A stretch of DNA of 64,000 bases from Squalus acanthias (lineage: Eukaryota): assembly GCA_030390025.1 (NCBI GenBank), contig CM059432.1:35528001-35592000 (forward strand), given 5' to 3'. The notes beneath the pieces were generated by a model that saw nothing but the letters and a program-made list of their open reading frames with translations, was not told the origin of the DNA and searched no databases. The position numbers and the translations under genes are program-made. This document shows, piece by piece, positions 62,690-64,000 of this stretch. Every line of letters begins with the position of its first letter. Positions within the stretch are counted from its first letter, which is position 1.

Positions 62690-63770
62690 TGAAGGGTTGG
62701 TCATGTTTGACCAATTTAGTTGAATTTTTTGAGGAGGTCACTAACTTGCTGGACAGGGCTGTCTGTGGATGTTGTGCAGATGGGAGCAGGAAGTTACAGG
62801 GACATAGACAGATTAAGTGAGTGGGAAAAACTGTGGTAGATGGAGTTCGGTGTGGGGAAGAGTGAGGTCACCCACTTTGGATCCAAGAAAAACAAATTGG
62901 AATATTTTCTGAATGGCGAGAGACTAGGAATTATGGAAGAGCAAAGGGATTTGAGTGTCCAGGTACACATCATTAAAAGCTAGTGAACGGATACAAAAAG
63001 TAATCAAAAAGACGAATGGAATCTCAAGGGGGCTGGAATACAAGAGTGAAGAAGTCTATAGAACCTTGGTTAGACCCCATCTGGAGAACTGTGTTCAGAT
63101 TTTGGAACCACACCTCAGGAAGGATATATTGGCCTTGGAGGGGGTGCAGCACAGATTCACCAGAATGATGCCAGAGCTGAAAGGGTTAAATGACAAGGTC
63201 AGGTTCCATAAACTTGGCTTGTATTCCCTTGAGTATAGATTTAATCAAGGTGTTTAAAATGATAAAGGGATGTGATAGGGTAGATACAGAGACACTATTT
63301 TCTCTGGTGCGGGAATCCAGAACAAAAGGGCACAATCTTAAAATTAATGCTAGGCCATTCATGAGTGAAATCAGAAAGCACTTTTTCTCACAAAGGGTAG
63401 TGGAAATCTGGAATTCTCTCCCACAAAACACTGTGCATGCTGGGTTAATTTAACTTTTCCAGACTGAGATTGATAGATTTTTATTAGGTAAGGGTATCAA
63501 GGGATATGGATCAATGGCAGGTACAGTTGAGGTGCAGATCAGCTACAATCACATTGAATGGCGGAACAGGCTCGAGGTCCTGAACCAATGTTCCCTTTAA
63601 GCTGGGCGGCCGTGCAGCATTCTGGAGGTCCCACGTAGTGGACACACAGCTTTTAAATGGAACTCCGCCCCGCGCCCCGCCCCCCCCTGTTAAAGGGGCC
63701 ACGCGGCTCAAAAAAAAATTTGAGGGAACATGGGCCTGAACGGCCGCCTCCTGTTCAGATGTTCCTTTTG
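62690..63770 (+). mobile_element. Decayed CR1 fragment (hosts a hAT MITE)
   Basis: ORFs 62955..63257 and 63190..63453 contain LVRPHLENC and FFSQRVVEIWNSLP. Confidence 0.85.
63586..63733. mobile_element. hAT-superfamily MITE
   Basis: TIR CAATGTTCCCT / AGGGAACATGG; 8-bp TSD TCCTGAAC / GCCTGAAC (7 of 8 match). Confidence 0.8.
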
Positions 63771-64000
63771 AGAAGTGCTAGAAGGGGCCGGCCCAACTAT
63801 TGGGCTTCATAACCAAGTTGAGGCTTGTTGAGCAGAGAGAAAACCGAGCTTCTTGAAGGCAATCTTGAGGCCAGTGTGAGGTTAGGGCCGATATTTGCAG
63901 TCTGCAGACTGCATGATCTTCGCAGTCCAGAGGTGGAAGATGATCTCTGCTGTAGCGAGGGGGACCAACGTGATCTGAGCATGTGCGTTGTGGTGTGATG

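Overview
This is eukaryotic, repeat-dense vertebrate DNA. The repeat mix (SacSINE1/DeuSINE-type SINEs, many CR1, CR1-Zenon-like and L2 LINEs) points to a cartilaginous fish, probably a shark; that is an inference. The whole window appears to lie inside one + strand gene, NBEAL2 (neurobeachin-like 2, BEACH family). Nine GT-AG coding exons (29108-61666) splice in frame and match the N-terminal region of NBEAL2. The first coding exon was not found and probably lies upstream; the gene continues downstream. Nearly all long ORFs in the track are decayed retrotransposon ORFs or spurious. The introns hold CR1/L2/Zenon-like LINEs, tRNA-derived SINEs, a decayed two-gene PIF/Harbinger transposon with several Harbinger MITEs, hAT MITEs, a solo LTR, and Penelope-type inverted elements with hammerhead-ribozyme-like motifs. 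The most notable observations are: (i) a ~200-bp-arm hairpin Penelope-type element with hammerhead motifs; (ii) an ORF1-less LINE whose 5' end is a tRNA-like head with a duplicated anticodon arm, plus head-and-tail SINE-like derivatives; (iii) inverted, closely similar CR1 copies bracketing a symmetric exon; (iv) an inverted pair of 900-bp MITEs enclosing an antisense solo LTR. No prokaryotic-type system or CRISPR array is present. All family names come from recalled sequence knowledge, not database searches.
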